Positions 19,470-29,192 of a stretch of 64,000 nucleotides of DNA are shown piece after piece. The notes under the pieces are model-generated. The model was given only the letters and a program-made list of their open reading frames with translations, was not told the DNA's origin and ran no database searches. A program made the position numbers and the translations under genes. The first letter of the stretch is position 1. The number at the start of each line of letters is the position of its first letter. The stretch is from sequence record OR142618.1; one strand, written 5' to 3'.

Positions 19470-19494
19470 ATGACCACACAATCTATATACTACT

Positions 19495-19731
19495 ATGTCT
19501 TTAACTATATTTTCTATATCAGCTAATTTGTATACAATAACTTGGTATTCTGCGCAACTGACACAATGGTGTTATATAGACATAATAACACGCGACGCTA
19601 ATATTTTTATAACCTATCCATTTTATAATAACATATTTGTATCTAAAATTAGTTCTAATACAATAATTGAAGAAAAAATTGAAGAAAAATATGAACACTA
19701 TATTAGAGATATGTCGTGGAATAAGAAATGA
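19495..19731 (+). CDS. hypothetical protein
   Basis: 78-aa AT-rich ORF. Confidence 0.5.
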   Translation: MSLTIFSISANLYTITWYSAQLTQWCYIDIITRDANIFITYPFYNNIFVSKISSNTIIEEKIEEKYEHYIRDMSWNKK

Positions 19732-20391
19732 CTATATAACAGTCAATAATTTTACATATGACTACTATCTAGAGGTAAACACACCTGCGTTTTCTTTAAT
19801 GATAATTATTCCGACAGTTCCTATATTAGACAATATTTGCATTACTTTTATAAAAAAGTATTAATATGAATATATTCTTTATATCAAACAGTCTATCTAA
19901 TATACTATATCATAAAGCTTATGATATACATATGATAGATATTAAGATTAATAATTCTACTTCTATTTGGCTTACATATTCTTTCAATATTACTAAGGTA
20001 TCATTTAAATATATTATCTGATTCGTTTTCTTATTGTATGAGTTGCAATTGCAAATTACTCTTATTTGTAATTGCATATAAACAATCAGTTGCTATTAAA
20101 AGTATTTGCTGTTAATATATTATATAACAGTGCAATTGATATTTTAAAATACAGTGTGCAATACATCTTACATGTATTAAAATTTGTGTGTTACTTATTT
20201 TGCATTAATGATTAATATACCTCTCCTACAGTACAAAACTCATACTATAAACAATTTGTTCGGGCGATCGTTCTCGAAAAGTATACAAGTGAGAGATAGC
20301 AATCTAATTATACTTGTTAGTTTCTATATAGAAGGTTCTAAATATAGAAAATTTGTATATAACAAAGAATACCTCAAAGAGATTTCAGCAT

Positions 20392-20658
20392 ATGCAAACA
20401 ACAATCGTTAATGCCCTAAAATCTATTAATGTAAAGTATTCGGATATATTTTACACAAATGGTAATTTGTGTAATACCGTTACAATACGAAATATTCGTA
20501 AAAATGGTAAATTAGATTCGGCAGAACAAATTAATGTAGAATCAGTTGTGAGCAATTATTTGATTCAAAAAGATTTAAATTTGCCCTTTTCTATTCAGTG
20601 GGCAAATAATGATTGTTGCGAAGAGTATACTACACTTATTCTCTTCTTCAGAAAATAG
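20392..20658 (+). CDS. hypothetical protein
   Basis: ORF MQTTIVN... (ATG within track ORF 20353). Confidence 0.55.
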   Translation: MQTTIVNALKSINVKYSDIFYTNGNLCNTVTIRNIRKNGKLDSAEQINVESVVSNYLIQKDLNLPFSIQWANNDCCEEYTTLILFFRK

Positions 20659-20916
20659 TGTATGATTAGATTAAAAAGATATGTTCAATTGCATAGCATA
20701 TACAGATTGTCTTACTATGCGCACGGCATACATTTTAGCAAAACAAAGAATATAATGCTTTACGTAGGAAACGCAGGTCCCGTACCCGTAACATGACAGT
20801 ATATAGCGTTAAAATGTGCATTTTTTGCACGATTTTGCGGGGTATGCGTTACAAGCAATACACACATACTGCTTTTAAAATGCATGCTTACATGCGCTTT
20901 GTAGGGGGTTTAAAAC

Positions 20917-21129
20917 ATGCTTAAATTAGTTACCACTGTGCTATACAACGTCTGTGTAGCTTCGTTGATAATGATTGTGTTTGTATGCGGTATAAATTTA
21001 GTAATGTATCTCGATAACATTACTGACAATAATCCAGTTGTTATCTTTATTTCCCTTCTATCAGTTATTTATGGTGTTGCGTGGTTAAGCTATATGTTTG
21101 TTACTATCCAATTTCAGTCCAAGAAATAA
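20917..21129 (+). CDS. small membrane protein (2 predicted TM segments)
   Basis: Two long hydrophobic stretches; GGGGG RBS-like sequence. Confidence 0.65.
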   Translation: MLKLVTTVLYNVCVASLIMIVFVCGINLVMYLDNITDNNPVVIFISLLSVIYGVAWLSYMFVTIQFQSKK

Positions 21130-21144
21130 AAGTATTGGTAACAT

Positions 21145-21486
21145 ATGATAGATAAAAATGGAAATACAGAAGACTTTGATTTTGATAATGCATGCACTAT
21201 AACTGATCTGTCTGTTCCTCTTCAGCAAAAAATACAATCATATAAATTAAATAAAATATTGGTTATGGTTGCAATCCTTAAATATTCGAATATAAAACAA
21301 GAAATAGGATGTTTCGCTATCATATGGGATCATATAATAAAAATAACGGTTGAAGTAAAATGCAATCCGTATGCAGAAACACACATACTCATGCATGCGC
21401 ATGTATTTTCTAATTCCGATTCATGTACTCATAGTGTATTGCTGAATTACAGAAACAAATATTTACCCACTAATTATTATAATTAA
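21145..21486 (+). CDS. hypothetical protein
   Basis: 113-aa ORF in operon. Confidence 0.65.
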   Translation: MIDKNGNTEDFDFDNACTITDLSVPLQQKIQSYKLNKILVMVAILKYSNIKQEIGCFAIIWDHIIKITVEVKCNPYAETHILMHAHVFSNSDSCTHSVLLNYRNKYLPTNYYN

Positions 21487-21487
21487 T

Positions 21488-21895
21488 ATGGAAGATATTC
21501 TTAAAATTGCTAAACTAATCGGGTACGTAAACATACATGCAAATAAACATCTTCAGTATGATTTTAACAAAGATATGGAACATGTATGTGTTAGTGCCAA
21601 GACTAGGACAAGTATGAACGGAATAAAATACCTTTATGTAGTAATGAATATATATTATATATATTGCCAGCAAGAAAGTGTTGCCGTTATATTAAACGAA
21701 GTAAACATCGATGAAATGCCTATATTAGATAATCTTTATGCTAAACTTAATGATTTAACTACACATAAATCTGTTATAAAATTTAAATATACAGAAATAA
21801 CACAAGAACAAATAGATTTGTTGAATAATAGTGAAAGATATATAGTATATTTTGACTCTTATTTAGAAGAATACGGAATAGCTTCGTTTTATTAA
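21488..21895 (+). CDS. hypothetical protein
   Basis: 135-aa ORF in operon. Confidence 0.7.
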   Translation: MEDILKIAKLIGYVNIHANKHLQYDFNKDMEHVCVSAKTRTSMNGIKYLYVVMNIYYIYCQQESVAVILNEVNIDEMPILDNLYAKLNDLTTHKSVIKFKYTEITQEQIDLLNNSERYIVYFDSYLEEYGIASFY

Positions 21896-21908
21896 TTTTG
21901 AGGAATAT

Positions 21909-22106
21909 ATGAAAAAACAAACAGGATTTACAGATTGGCCATTGATTAGTTTGGGTACAATTATTATCTTGTGTGTATGGGTATTAATTCTACAATACAC
22001 AGAAATAAATGTACTAGAAGAAAAATGTAACAAAGTAGGTGGTATTTTTAATAACACGGTTTGCATACGGTCAGATGCAGTTATTAACTTAGATAAGGTA
22101 AAATAA
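21909..22106 (+). CDS. small membrane-anchored protein
   Basis: GAGG RBS; one TM segment followed by a C-x3-GG-x6-C motif. Confidence 0.7.
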   Translation: MKKQTGFTDWPLISLGTIIILCVWVLILQYTEINVLEEKCNKVGGIFNNTVCIRSDAVINLDKVK

Positions 22107-22107
22107 A

Positions 22108-22365
22108 ATGCCAAAACTTTACGTTAACAAAAAACATGATACCATTTATCTTCAATTAGATCATTTCTCATCCGATACTGTATCTCCAATTAATTACAAC
22201 GAAGATGTAGAATATGTAATTGATAGGATCCGTAGTCTGCACAAATCCGGATTCGGGTTTAGTCATATGAATACTCTACAAGAATATCTTACGGCAAGAA
22301 CAGAACAGGATAAGAAGTTTAAGCTTAAAGTAGAAGACTTTGAAGTAGTATCATTTAAGATTTAA
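22108..22365 (+). CDS. hypothetical protein
   Basis: 85-aa ORF in operon. Confidence 0.7.
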   Translation: MPKLYVNKKHDTIYLQLDHFSSDTVSPINYNEDVEYVIDRIRSLHKSGFGFSHMNTLQEYLTARTEQDKKFKLKVEDFEVVSFKI

Positions 22366-22386
22366 AATTATACATAATCAAAGAAT

Positions 22387-22415
22387 TTGACATTTGATGT
22401 GTATACTAGTATAAT
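22387..22415 (+). promoter_or_regulatory. perfect-consensus sigma70 promoter
   Basis: TTGACA-17-TATAAT. Confidence 0.9.
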
Positions 22416-22421
22416 TTGCTC

Positions 22422-22952
22422 ATGCTGTCGTAACAGCTACTTTGTTCCATTCACAAGCAGCTCTGTTCCATTACTGGATATTGGTAGTAGAAACTATCCC
22501 CATCGTGCCCACAGTATTGTTCTGTTAGAGACAGATTAAAACATACAAAAGTGGGTTATTTAAATTATGATTTTGGGTGCTGAAGTATAGTCGTTAGACA
22601 AGGATATGTCTAATGTTGCAAAGGACTATGCGAAACGTATTATATATCTTATCCGATATTAGATATGTAATAAAAGGATGAAGCTCTGGTAGAAACAGAG
22701 TGTAATTCTTGCTTGTATATCACACGGATATACAAAAGAATATACACACCAACTTCAGCATTGATGTAAATTTTCTAGCATAGGTATATAACATCGATGT
22801 TCCGGGATTCATTGGAAACAATGAGAGAATGATGTAATCTGAGGAAAAAGGTCCCCGCCTCGTCCATATTACGAAATGGTTTTGAGTACTTATGCCCTCG
22901 TCCTATATTGGCATATGGGTTTTATATTTCTCCCGTAATTACGGGAGAATAT
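22422..22952 (+). ncRNA. putative ~530-nt structured RNA (ncRNA-3)
   Basis: No ORF after a consensus promoter; long-range helix tgctgaagt/acttcagca, GAAA tetraloop, ends at a 22-bp palindrome. Confidence 0.7.
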
Positions 22953-23281
22953 AATTTCCTGAACCTACTTGGAAATGGACGCTTCTGCTGTGCTTCGCAC
23001 ATCATCTAAGGGCCTTCACCCTTACCGCTAAGAGCAAGAGCAAAAGCAATATAATTACAAATAAGAATTAATTATTGTTTAGTTTTATCGTAATGAATAT
23101 GAAGATAAAAACTAAACAATAATTCACATGTAGCGTTAGCTACTGTGAATATCTACTATAATATTAACCATATATGTATACAAGGGCATATTATGGCTGT
23201 TACTTGTTGACAGTTTGATATATGTGTTACACTGCATAAATCAAATGTACATTACAATGTTTTGATTATTAGGAACATACT

Positions 23282-23869
23282 ATGTCATTTTCTTTGACTG
23301 CTGCTATTAATCGATATACTAGTCTAATAGAAGAAAATTTCAAAATAAATTATCTGAAGAATTTTGCGTCAGGATATATCTCGTATAAATTACTAAGAAA
23401 TAAAACATTCCTACATACTGAAATATCACATAGACTTGATTATATAAAGGTATTTACTTCTTATACATATGTAGAAAATAATGTCAAATTAGATAAAAAA
23501 TCACCTGTTGTACATTCGTATATTTCTACTACTGAATGCTCTAAATTTAGAGTAGGAGATATAAGAAGAATGTTTTACGATTCATTTCCACGAGGAAATG
23601 TTTTTAATATTAAAGAGAATACTCAAGTTAGCTGGTCATCAGCTAATATTGGAATTTACGAGAATTCGTTTAATCTTAATTATATTTCGAACAATAAGTA
23701 TATTCGATTAGAAACAGGAGATATATTTGTCTGTATTAATGATAGTATGGTAAATGAACTACAAGAACATATGCATGTTCATTCTATATGTACTAACGAA
23801 ACAAAGAAGTTTTATGTAAGAGAAATTGATTTAAATATGCTACATTACAAAAAACACATTATGGAATAA
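23282..23869 (+). CDS. hypothetical phage protein
   Basis: 195 aa; AGGA RBS; VHSYI...GDI...PRGNV motif of a type seen in large-phage hypotheticals. Confidence 0.75.
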   Translation: MSFSLTAAINRYTSLIEENFKINYLKNFASGYISYKLLRNKTFLHTEISHRLDYIKVFTSYTYVENNVKLDKKSPVVHSYISTTECSKFRVGDIRRMFYDSFPRGNVFNIKENTQVSWSSANIGIYENSFNLNYISNNKYIRLETGDIFVCINDSMVNELQEHMHVHSICTNETKKFYVREIDLNMLHYKKHIME

Positions 23870-23872
23870 AGA

Positions 23873-24421
23873 ATGAACTACAAAGCATTAGAAGTATTTT
23901 ATTTCTTTCTAGAACATTACAAGGTAAATCCAGTAGCCGATTTGGAATTTAAATTCGAACCTTCAGGTAGTGATGACCAATCTAAGCGCAAGTCATCACT
24001 GTCGTTTGTTAAACGTATTGGTGTTCTTACTCCTTCATTTAACGAATTATACGAAGTTCAGAATCGATTCATGACAGATCTTCGAGAAATGAATGTAGTA
24101 TATAAGATAGGATTTAATTATAATGCATTCAACGTATTAGCACCTTTGTATGCAAGATATGAAAAGAATGTAAAAGAATTTCGTCGACTTTTAAAGAAAT
24201 ACTCAAGTTTCAACGAAGTAACAGAATATTACAAAAAAGCCGACAACATGTTACCGGACAATGTATACGAAACAATGAAGGAAGATTTTTCATTGTTTAA
24301 TGACGTTACTACAAAGAGGTTATCTGAAATAAAACTTTGTTATCCTAATTGGCAAGTATGGGATTCTGAACATCCCAACTGGGAAACAATAAATCAACTT
24401 TATAAGAATGCAAAGAAATAA
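23873..24421 (+). CDS. hypothetical protein
   Basis: 182 aa, followed by terminator. Confidence 0.8.
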   Translation: MNYKALEVFYFFLEHYKVNPVADLEFKFEPSGSDDQSKRKSSLSFVKRIGVLTPSFNELYEVQNRFMTDLREMNVVYKIGFNYNAFNVLAPLYARYEKNVKEFRRLLKKYSSFNEVTEYYKKADNMLPDNVYETMKEDFSLFNDVTTKRLSEIKLCYPNWQVWDSEHPNWETINQLYKNAKK

Positions 24422-24430
24422 TGCATATTT

Positions 24431-24460
24431 AGAAAGGGAATTATAATTCCCTTTCTTTTT
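24431..24460 (+). terminator. intrinsic terminator
   Basis: agaaagggaat-tata-attccctttct followed by T-tract. Confidence 0.8.
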
Positions 24461-24579
24461 GGATCTATATTAGCAAATACTAATTAATCTTATTTGCACA
24501 AATTTAATCCTATTGTGTTTTCTATTTTGAAGTGCTACATTACATGTAGTTGCATAAAACTATATACAGGAGAAATGAT

Positions 24580-25131
24580 ATGTGCTATGCATGGGATATC
24601 AAAGACGGGGATGATATCGAAGTCGAAGCAGTTATGGATGAACGAAGCTATGAGTGGACCGGCAAGTTACGTATCATCCAGTATCGGATCCAAGATCGGT
24701 GGCGTGTTATTATCAATATAGTAGAATTTTGGAGTCATTCTACTGAAAGTATACTGAAAGAACTTGGTATAGAAGCTAAACACATTACTAAAGGATATGC
24801 CACACTTAGTATGGTTCGTTTCCCGGAGGTTGATTACCTATTTAGTGTAACACCCGATAATGCAGATTATGTAACTGTTAACCGCAGTGCAGTAGATATT
24901 TCTGACAGTTGGTTTGTTGCAAAAAACATAAAAGCAGTTATGTATCATTTGGGATCTGAAATCCAGATCACTCCGTGGTTTGTGCGTAAAGATAGTAGCG
25001 AGACAAATTTCAATTGTATTGATCGATTAGTAGCTCTAGTAAAAGAGAATACTGACGTTGACACGTATCAGTACATCAAGGTAGGTTGTCCTGAGGACAA
25101 GTCATTTTACTTTGCGTGGATAGACAAATAA
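24580..25131 (+). CDS. hypothetical protein
   Basis: AGGAG RBS 7 nt before ATG 24580. Confidence 0.8.
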   Translation: MCYAWDIKDGDDIEVEAVMDERSYEWTGKLRIIQYRIQDRWRVIINIVEFWSHSTESILKELGIEAKHITKGYATLSMVRFPEVDYLFSVTPDNADYVTVNRSAVDISDSWFVAKNIKAVMYHLGSEIQITPWFVRKDSSETNFNCIDRLVALVKENTDVDTYQYIKVGCPEDKSFYFAWIDK

Positions 25132-25220
25132 TTCGTTTGCTATACGTACTAATACGTTGTATACTGTTAGTACGTATAGCAAAAGTAACACATAACGTTT
25201 TGATTTAATGGAGCCCTAAC

Positions 25221-25514
25221 ATGAAAAAAGAATTTGAATCGCGGATTCGGACTCCCTCTCCGGCGCCAGCGCCCCGGACGCCCGATGTGTGCAGCGAGTG
25301 CAATGACACCGGGAAAGTCTATGACGAAAGCGGCGCCGGTCCGTGGAGTTGCTACGCCTGTACCGGTAACCCGGAGGTGATCGGCTACGCAAACGGCGAT
25401 GAGTTGGACAACATGCTGGATGACCGCACTGCTGTTCTCTCTCCAAGGAAGACCAGTTTTCACACCGTGCCAGTGTATCGACTGATCCACACCCAAAACA
25501 AAAGTTTTCAATAA
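25221..25514 (+). CDS. hypothetical protein with CxxC...CxxC Zn-ribbon, GC-rich
   Basis: CSECNDTG...CYACTG; GGAG RBS. Confidence 0.75.
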   Translation: MKKEFESRIRTPSPAPAPRTPDVCSECNDTGKVYDESGAGPWSCYACTGNPEVIGYANGDELDNMLDDRTAVLSPRKTSFHTVPVYRLIHTQNKSFQ

Positions 25515-25562
25515 AATCGATATGGAATTGGCCCTCCGGCAAGCCGGAATAGAGGTGAAGCC

Positions 25563-25772
25563 ATGAAGACATTTTTGAAGATGCTCGCATATTGCGTGCT
25601 TGGGACATCCATTGGCATTGCCATCAGCCAATGGTTCATCTTCGTCCTAGAGATGAGGCTTGGCGCCGTGCTCTGGTACATCGTTGGCCTTGGTCCTGTG
25701 CTGCTTGTGTTTTGCATTTTGGGCAGCTTCCTTCAATGGCTGATTCATAAGAACTTGGAGAAAAAGCAATGA
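25563..25772 (+). CDS. small membrane protein, GC-rich
   Basis: GAGGT RBS; two hydrophobic segments. Confidence 0.7.
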   Translation: MKTFLKMLAYCVLGTSIGIAISQWFIFVLEMRLGAVLWYIVGLGPVLLVFCILGSFLQWLIHKNLEKKQ

Positions 25773-25843
25773 CCGACCACGCAGAGCTGCGGAGGCTGGC
25801 TAAAGAAGTGATCCGAATTGAACGAAATGAGGATGCAGCATGA
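25769..25843 (+). pseudogene. 24-aa remnant resembling the N-terminus of Ead/Ea22-like prophage proteins
   Basis: MTDHAELRRLAKEVIRIERNEDAA*; ATGA-coupled on both sides. Confidence 0.45.
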
Positions 25844-26376
25844 GCATTGACTGGAGCAAGGCACCAGAGGGTGCGACGCACTACCAACCGGAATCACGTG
25901 GCTTCCATGCGGCATGGTTCCGACTTCAAGGGGGGAAGGCTCGCGAAATGTGGGTCGTGATACCCGGCGGTGCGCTTGAGCACATCATCGATCCGACTGT
26001 CTTCGACGAGAGCATGCAGAACCTGATCGCCCGCCCCGTAGAACCTGCCACCTGGAACGGCCAGGGCCTGCCGCCGGTTGGCCTGATGGTGGAGTGGAAG
26101 GCAGGCCTTGATCACGACTGGCAGCGCGTAACCGTGCTTGCCTACGCCAATGGCGACGCGTGGTTTCAGCCTGAGGATGGCCCGTCTTTCATCGTCGGCA
26201 ACCCGGCAAACTTCAGGCGTATCCGCACCCCCGAGCAGTTGGTCGCCGAGGAGCGGGAAAAGGCGATTAATCAGATGATTTCTGATGCTGGATACGTAGA
26301 TCCGAAGATTGGCACATTTGTGGCTATGCGCAATCTCTACGACGCCGGCTACCGGCGTCGGGAGGAAGGGAAATGA
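25840..26376 (+). CDS. Pseudomonas temperate-phage-type hypothetical protein
   Basis: MSIDWSKAPEGATHY ... WNGQGLPPVG ... RTPEQLVAEEREKAI ... LYDAGYR, a typical prophage-family pattern. Confidence 0.8.
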   Translation: MSIDWSKAPEGATHYQPESRGFHAAWFRLQGGKAREMWVVIPGGALEHIIDPTVFDESMQNLIARPVEPATWNGQGLPPVGLMVEWKAGLDHDWQRVTVLAYANGDAWFQPEDGPSFIVGNPANFRRIRTPEQLVAEEREKAINQMISDAGYVDPKIGTFVAMRNLYDAGYRRREEGK

Positions 26377-26639
26377 GCAGACTGACAGCTGAGCAAGCCC
26401 GTGACATAGCGCGAGCGAAAGACGATGTCGATACTATCCTCAACGACATCGCCAAAACAGCCGCAGAAGGAAAGTACGTGTACACTACCCGCGCCTATGG
26501 GTTCGGCACAGGCGGCGGACGGCGCAGCGACGCGATCCTCAAAGTGTTGCGTAGCCTCGGCTACGACTGTGCTGTGCATGCTGAGGGACGCCAGTCTGTT
26601 GACCTGTGGCTTGAAGTGAAATGGGGAGACAAGCCATGA
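26373..26639 (+). CDS. hypothetical protein, GC-rich
   Basis: 88 aa, ATGA-coupled, GGAAGG RBS. Confidence 0.75.
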   Translation: MSRLTAEQARDIARAKDDVDTILNDIAKTAAEGKYVYTTRAYGFGTGGGRRSDAILKVLRSLGYDCAVHAEGRQSVDLWLEVKWGDKP

Positions 26640-27082
26640 CTAACAACCCCGGAGATTCAAAAATGATCGTAGAAAACGCCAAGCAAGCCGCCGAAGACTT
26701 CAAAACTTCCATGGCTAAGATTTTTCCGAATTACATCGCCAGGGCGTCGGTTTCCGATAACCTTGGTCCGGCGATGACAATTTCGTTTGCGAATGTCGGT
26801 TGCGCTTCCGAAGCCCCTAACAGCATTCTGATGAATGCGAGCGGTTACATGCGCTTTATGATGCATTTGTGTGACAATTGCGGGAATGTATTGCCAGAAG
26901 GTTCGCCGGTAGAAATTGAGCTACTAATGTGGTCTATCCCCTATCGTTCGGAAGTGATCAAGTTCCGCAAGATCAAGGGCAAGACACCAGCCGAAGCTAT
27001 GCAAAAGCTAGTCAAGTGGTTTGAAAAAACGCTGAAGCTATCCGGGGTCTGTAATGGTCTCCACGTAGGACACGCAGAATGA
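26636..27082 (+). CDS. hypothetical protein
   Basis: ATGA-coupled start MTNNPGDSK; GGAG RBS. Confidence 0.7.
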   Translation: MTNNPGDSKMIVENAKQAAEDFKTSMAKIFPNYIARASVSDNLGPAMTISFANVGCASEAPNSILMNASGYMRFMMHLCDNCGNVLPEGSPVEIELLMWSIPYRSEVIKFRKIKGKTPAEAMQKLVKWFEKTLKLSGVCNGLHVGHAE

Positions 27083-27480
27083 ACATTGTGTTGGACAAAT
27101 TGCTGTTTGGCGGTTTCATCGACCAGCACCGCAATGAACTTGCCCAGCAACAACTGAATCGGTTGTTTGCCAAGTACGGTGAGCCGAAGATTGGTATCAC
27201 ACGGGCATGCTTTCTATCTAAGCATTACGTCCTGAAGTTCCCGATTAATGACAGGGGTGAGCGGTGCAACGATTGGGAAGGTAGCTGTTCCGGCAGCTAT
27301 TTGGCACGCGGACGCTGGCTAGAAATCGGAGGCTTCATTTGCGTCATGCAAGAGCGTTTGGTTGAAGTGGATTGGAAGAACAACACCCATGCAAACTTTC
27401 CTGATTGGGTAGGCAGCATAGATTGTGGTCAAGTCGGCTACGATAAACATGGCGTTCTGAAAGCGTATGACTTCGGGTGA
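27079..27480 (+). CDS. minimal protein-kinase-like fold protein (putative)
   Basis: GITRACF, VLKFP, NDWE, VMQERL, IDCGQVG and terminal YDFG in canonical kinase order. Confidence 0.55.
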   Translation: MNIVLDKLLFGGFIDQHRNELAQQQLNRLFAKYGEPKIGITRACFLSKHYVLKFPINDRGERCNDWEGSCSGSYLARGRWLEIGGFICVMQERLVEVDWKNNTHANFPDWVGSIDCGQVGYDKHGVLKAYDFG

Positions 27481-27729
27481 AGCATGACCCCGGTCGACCC
27501 TGACAGTGGCATTAATAGCATCAGTAAAACCACAAGAAATTCTCATAGCTGAAATGGAACAGTTAAGAACAAAGAACAGTGAATACAAAGAAAGAGGTTT
27601 TTAGCGGCTAAATTGTTGCGCTTTTCTTCGATATTTAGTATATTTCTATTGACGTGCTAGGGCATTTTGTACTAATATAGCACTTGAAGGCTAGGTATTC
27701 CGCCAAAGTCTACTACCGGAGAACTTCCG

Positions 27730-28017
27730 ATGATTGTTAAAGTCGCTGCTTTCCGTAACGCTGTTGACCACCTTTTCCGCGTGGTCAATGTCGACTATCA
27801 CGCTTGCGTGCGCGCAGACGAGCTGCGCAACTGGCAAAGCATTGCAAGTCGTGTTCTAGCCGAAGTCGATGCCTTAGAATGCAAGCGCGCTAGACAGGAC
27901 GACCTCGATCAGCAGCGCCGCAGCATCGAAACAGCCCGCGAACGCATGGACCAGGCAGCGCAACGCATCGCCCAACTCGAAACCGTTATCCGTCCCGCTG
28001 TAGGGCGCATGCAATGA
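27730..28017 (+). CDS. hypothetical protein with C-terminal coiled coil, GC-rich
   Basis: TTGACG promoter at 27649; GGAG RBS. Confidence 0.8.
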   Translation: MIVKVAAFRNAVDHLFRVVNVDYHACVRADELRNWQSIASRVLAEVDALECKRARQDDLDQQRRSIETARERMDQAAQRIAQLETVIRPAVGRMQ

Positions 28018-28168
28018 GCGCCCTTCGCTTCGCCGCAATCCGGAATTGTCAAAACCAGCATGCACCAGCGCCATCAAAACTGACGATGAACATCCGCAAT
28101 GCAGATATGGAAAGAGACAAGAAATGAAATTCTAAATTACTTAAACAAACACAATAGGAGCAGAATAC

Positions 28169-28399
28169 ATGAGCCTTAAATATAATGGATATGTCTTAAG
28201 CATCAATATCCTCGGTCAAAACGAAACTATCAGTGAATACGCCTATCCTACCGATGATCCTAAAAGTGATAAAAAGAAAGCTTTTTTGGCTGCAATGACA
28301 AAATTCGTTGAATCAGATGATTTTGAGAAATTTACTAACGAAATGTATACAAATTTCTCGATTAATGTTCAAGCCCTAGTTTCTACGTCTACGGAGTAA
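28169..28399 (+). CDS. hypothetical protein
   Basis: AGGAG RBS. Confidence 0.75.
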   Translation: MSLKYNGYVLSINILGQNETISEYAYPTDDPKSDKKKAFLAAMTKFVESDDFEKFTNEMYTNFSINVQALVSTSTE

Positions 28400-28403
28400 A
28401 TTA

Positions 28404-28580
28404 ATGAACATCTTAAAACATATATATTGGGCTGTGCGTTATGGTGATTGGAATATAGGATGGGATCCGACTTGGGGTAGCAAACCTGATGAACCTTTTA
28501 TTTGGTGTAAGCCGATATATTATGACGGACATCATTGCTACCTGCGAGTAGGCTACTTTTGGATAGGAGTAACATACTAA
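28404..28580 (+). CDS. 58-aa Trp-rich hypothetical protein
   Basis: GGAG RBS; MNILKHIYWAVRYGDWNIGW... Confidence 0.6.
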   Translation: MNILKHIYWAVRYGDWNIGWDPTWGSKPDEPFIWCKPIYYDGHHCYLRVGYFWIGVTY

Positions 28581-28821
28581 CATTTACAATATATCTATAA
28601 AAGAATATAGTAGTGACACAGTTGTTAAATTGCAAACACTAATTAATCTTATTTGCATTTGCTATCTTGTATAATAGAAACGACTTCTAAACATGGATAT
28701 GAGATGGAAAACTTAGATAGGATCTCTGTTACAAATTTTTGAGTTACAATACATAGTAGTTTTGCTATTATGTGTTTATAGAAGTTTAATAACAGAACTA
28801 AAACATAAAGGATTGTCTGTC

Positions 28822-29163
28822 ATGAAAAGTTACGCAAAGTTTTATGTAGGGAAAAACATATATGATGCTGAAGTGCCGGATTTGGACATAAACATGTCAG
28901 ATGCAGAACTTTTCGAAGTAGCACTGCATCAAATGGCAGTACAGTGGTCTAGCACTGCCGGGCATCCGCATCACAAGGATGCAATGCGTAAAGACGGCAA
29001 GGTAGCCCGGAGTAAAGAACGGGTGTATATTCGCGGCAACGGCTGGTCCGTTTCGTTACATAGTCCTGAATTTGTAGAAAAACATTCGGCATACCTTGCC
29101 GCAGCGGAGTGGAAACTACTAACAGATTTGCTTGTGTTTGACACTTGCTGGAACGCTAATTAG
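28822..29163 (+). CDS. hypothetical protein
   Basis: AAGGA RBS before ATG 28822. Confidence 0.7.
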   Translation: MKSYAKFYVGKNIYDAEVPDLDINMSDAELFEVALHQMAVQWSSTAGHPHHKDAMRKDGKVARSKERVYIRGNGWSVSLHSPEFVEKHSAYLAAAEWKLLTDLLVFDTCWNAN

Positions 29164-29192
29164 TAATTCTCTCTCTACACAGGAGAACGGCA

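Noticed and set aside
18609-19481. Long alternative-frame and antisense ORFs over GC-rich genes (also at 37471-37871, 43454-43912, 46710-47384, 25167-25631 and 38855-39406)
   Set aside because: Shadow ORFs caused by GC3-rich codon usage; the accepted frames have an RBS, promoter, terminator and paralog support.
22578-22632. UAGUC/GACUA suggesting group I intron P7; GAGGAAAAAGGUCC (22841) suggesting RNase P
   Set aside because: The order is reversed relative to the R-before-S arrangement and forms a simple stem. There is no interrupted host gene, and no RNase P CR-V element was found.
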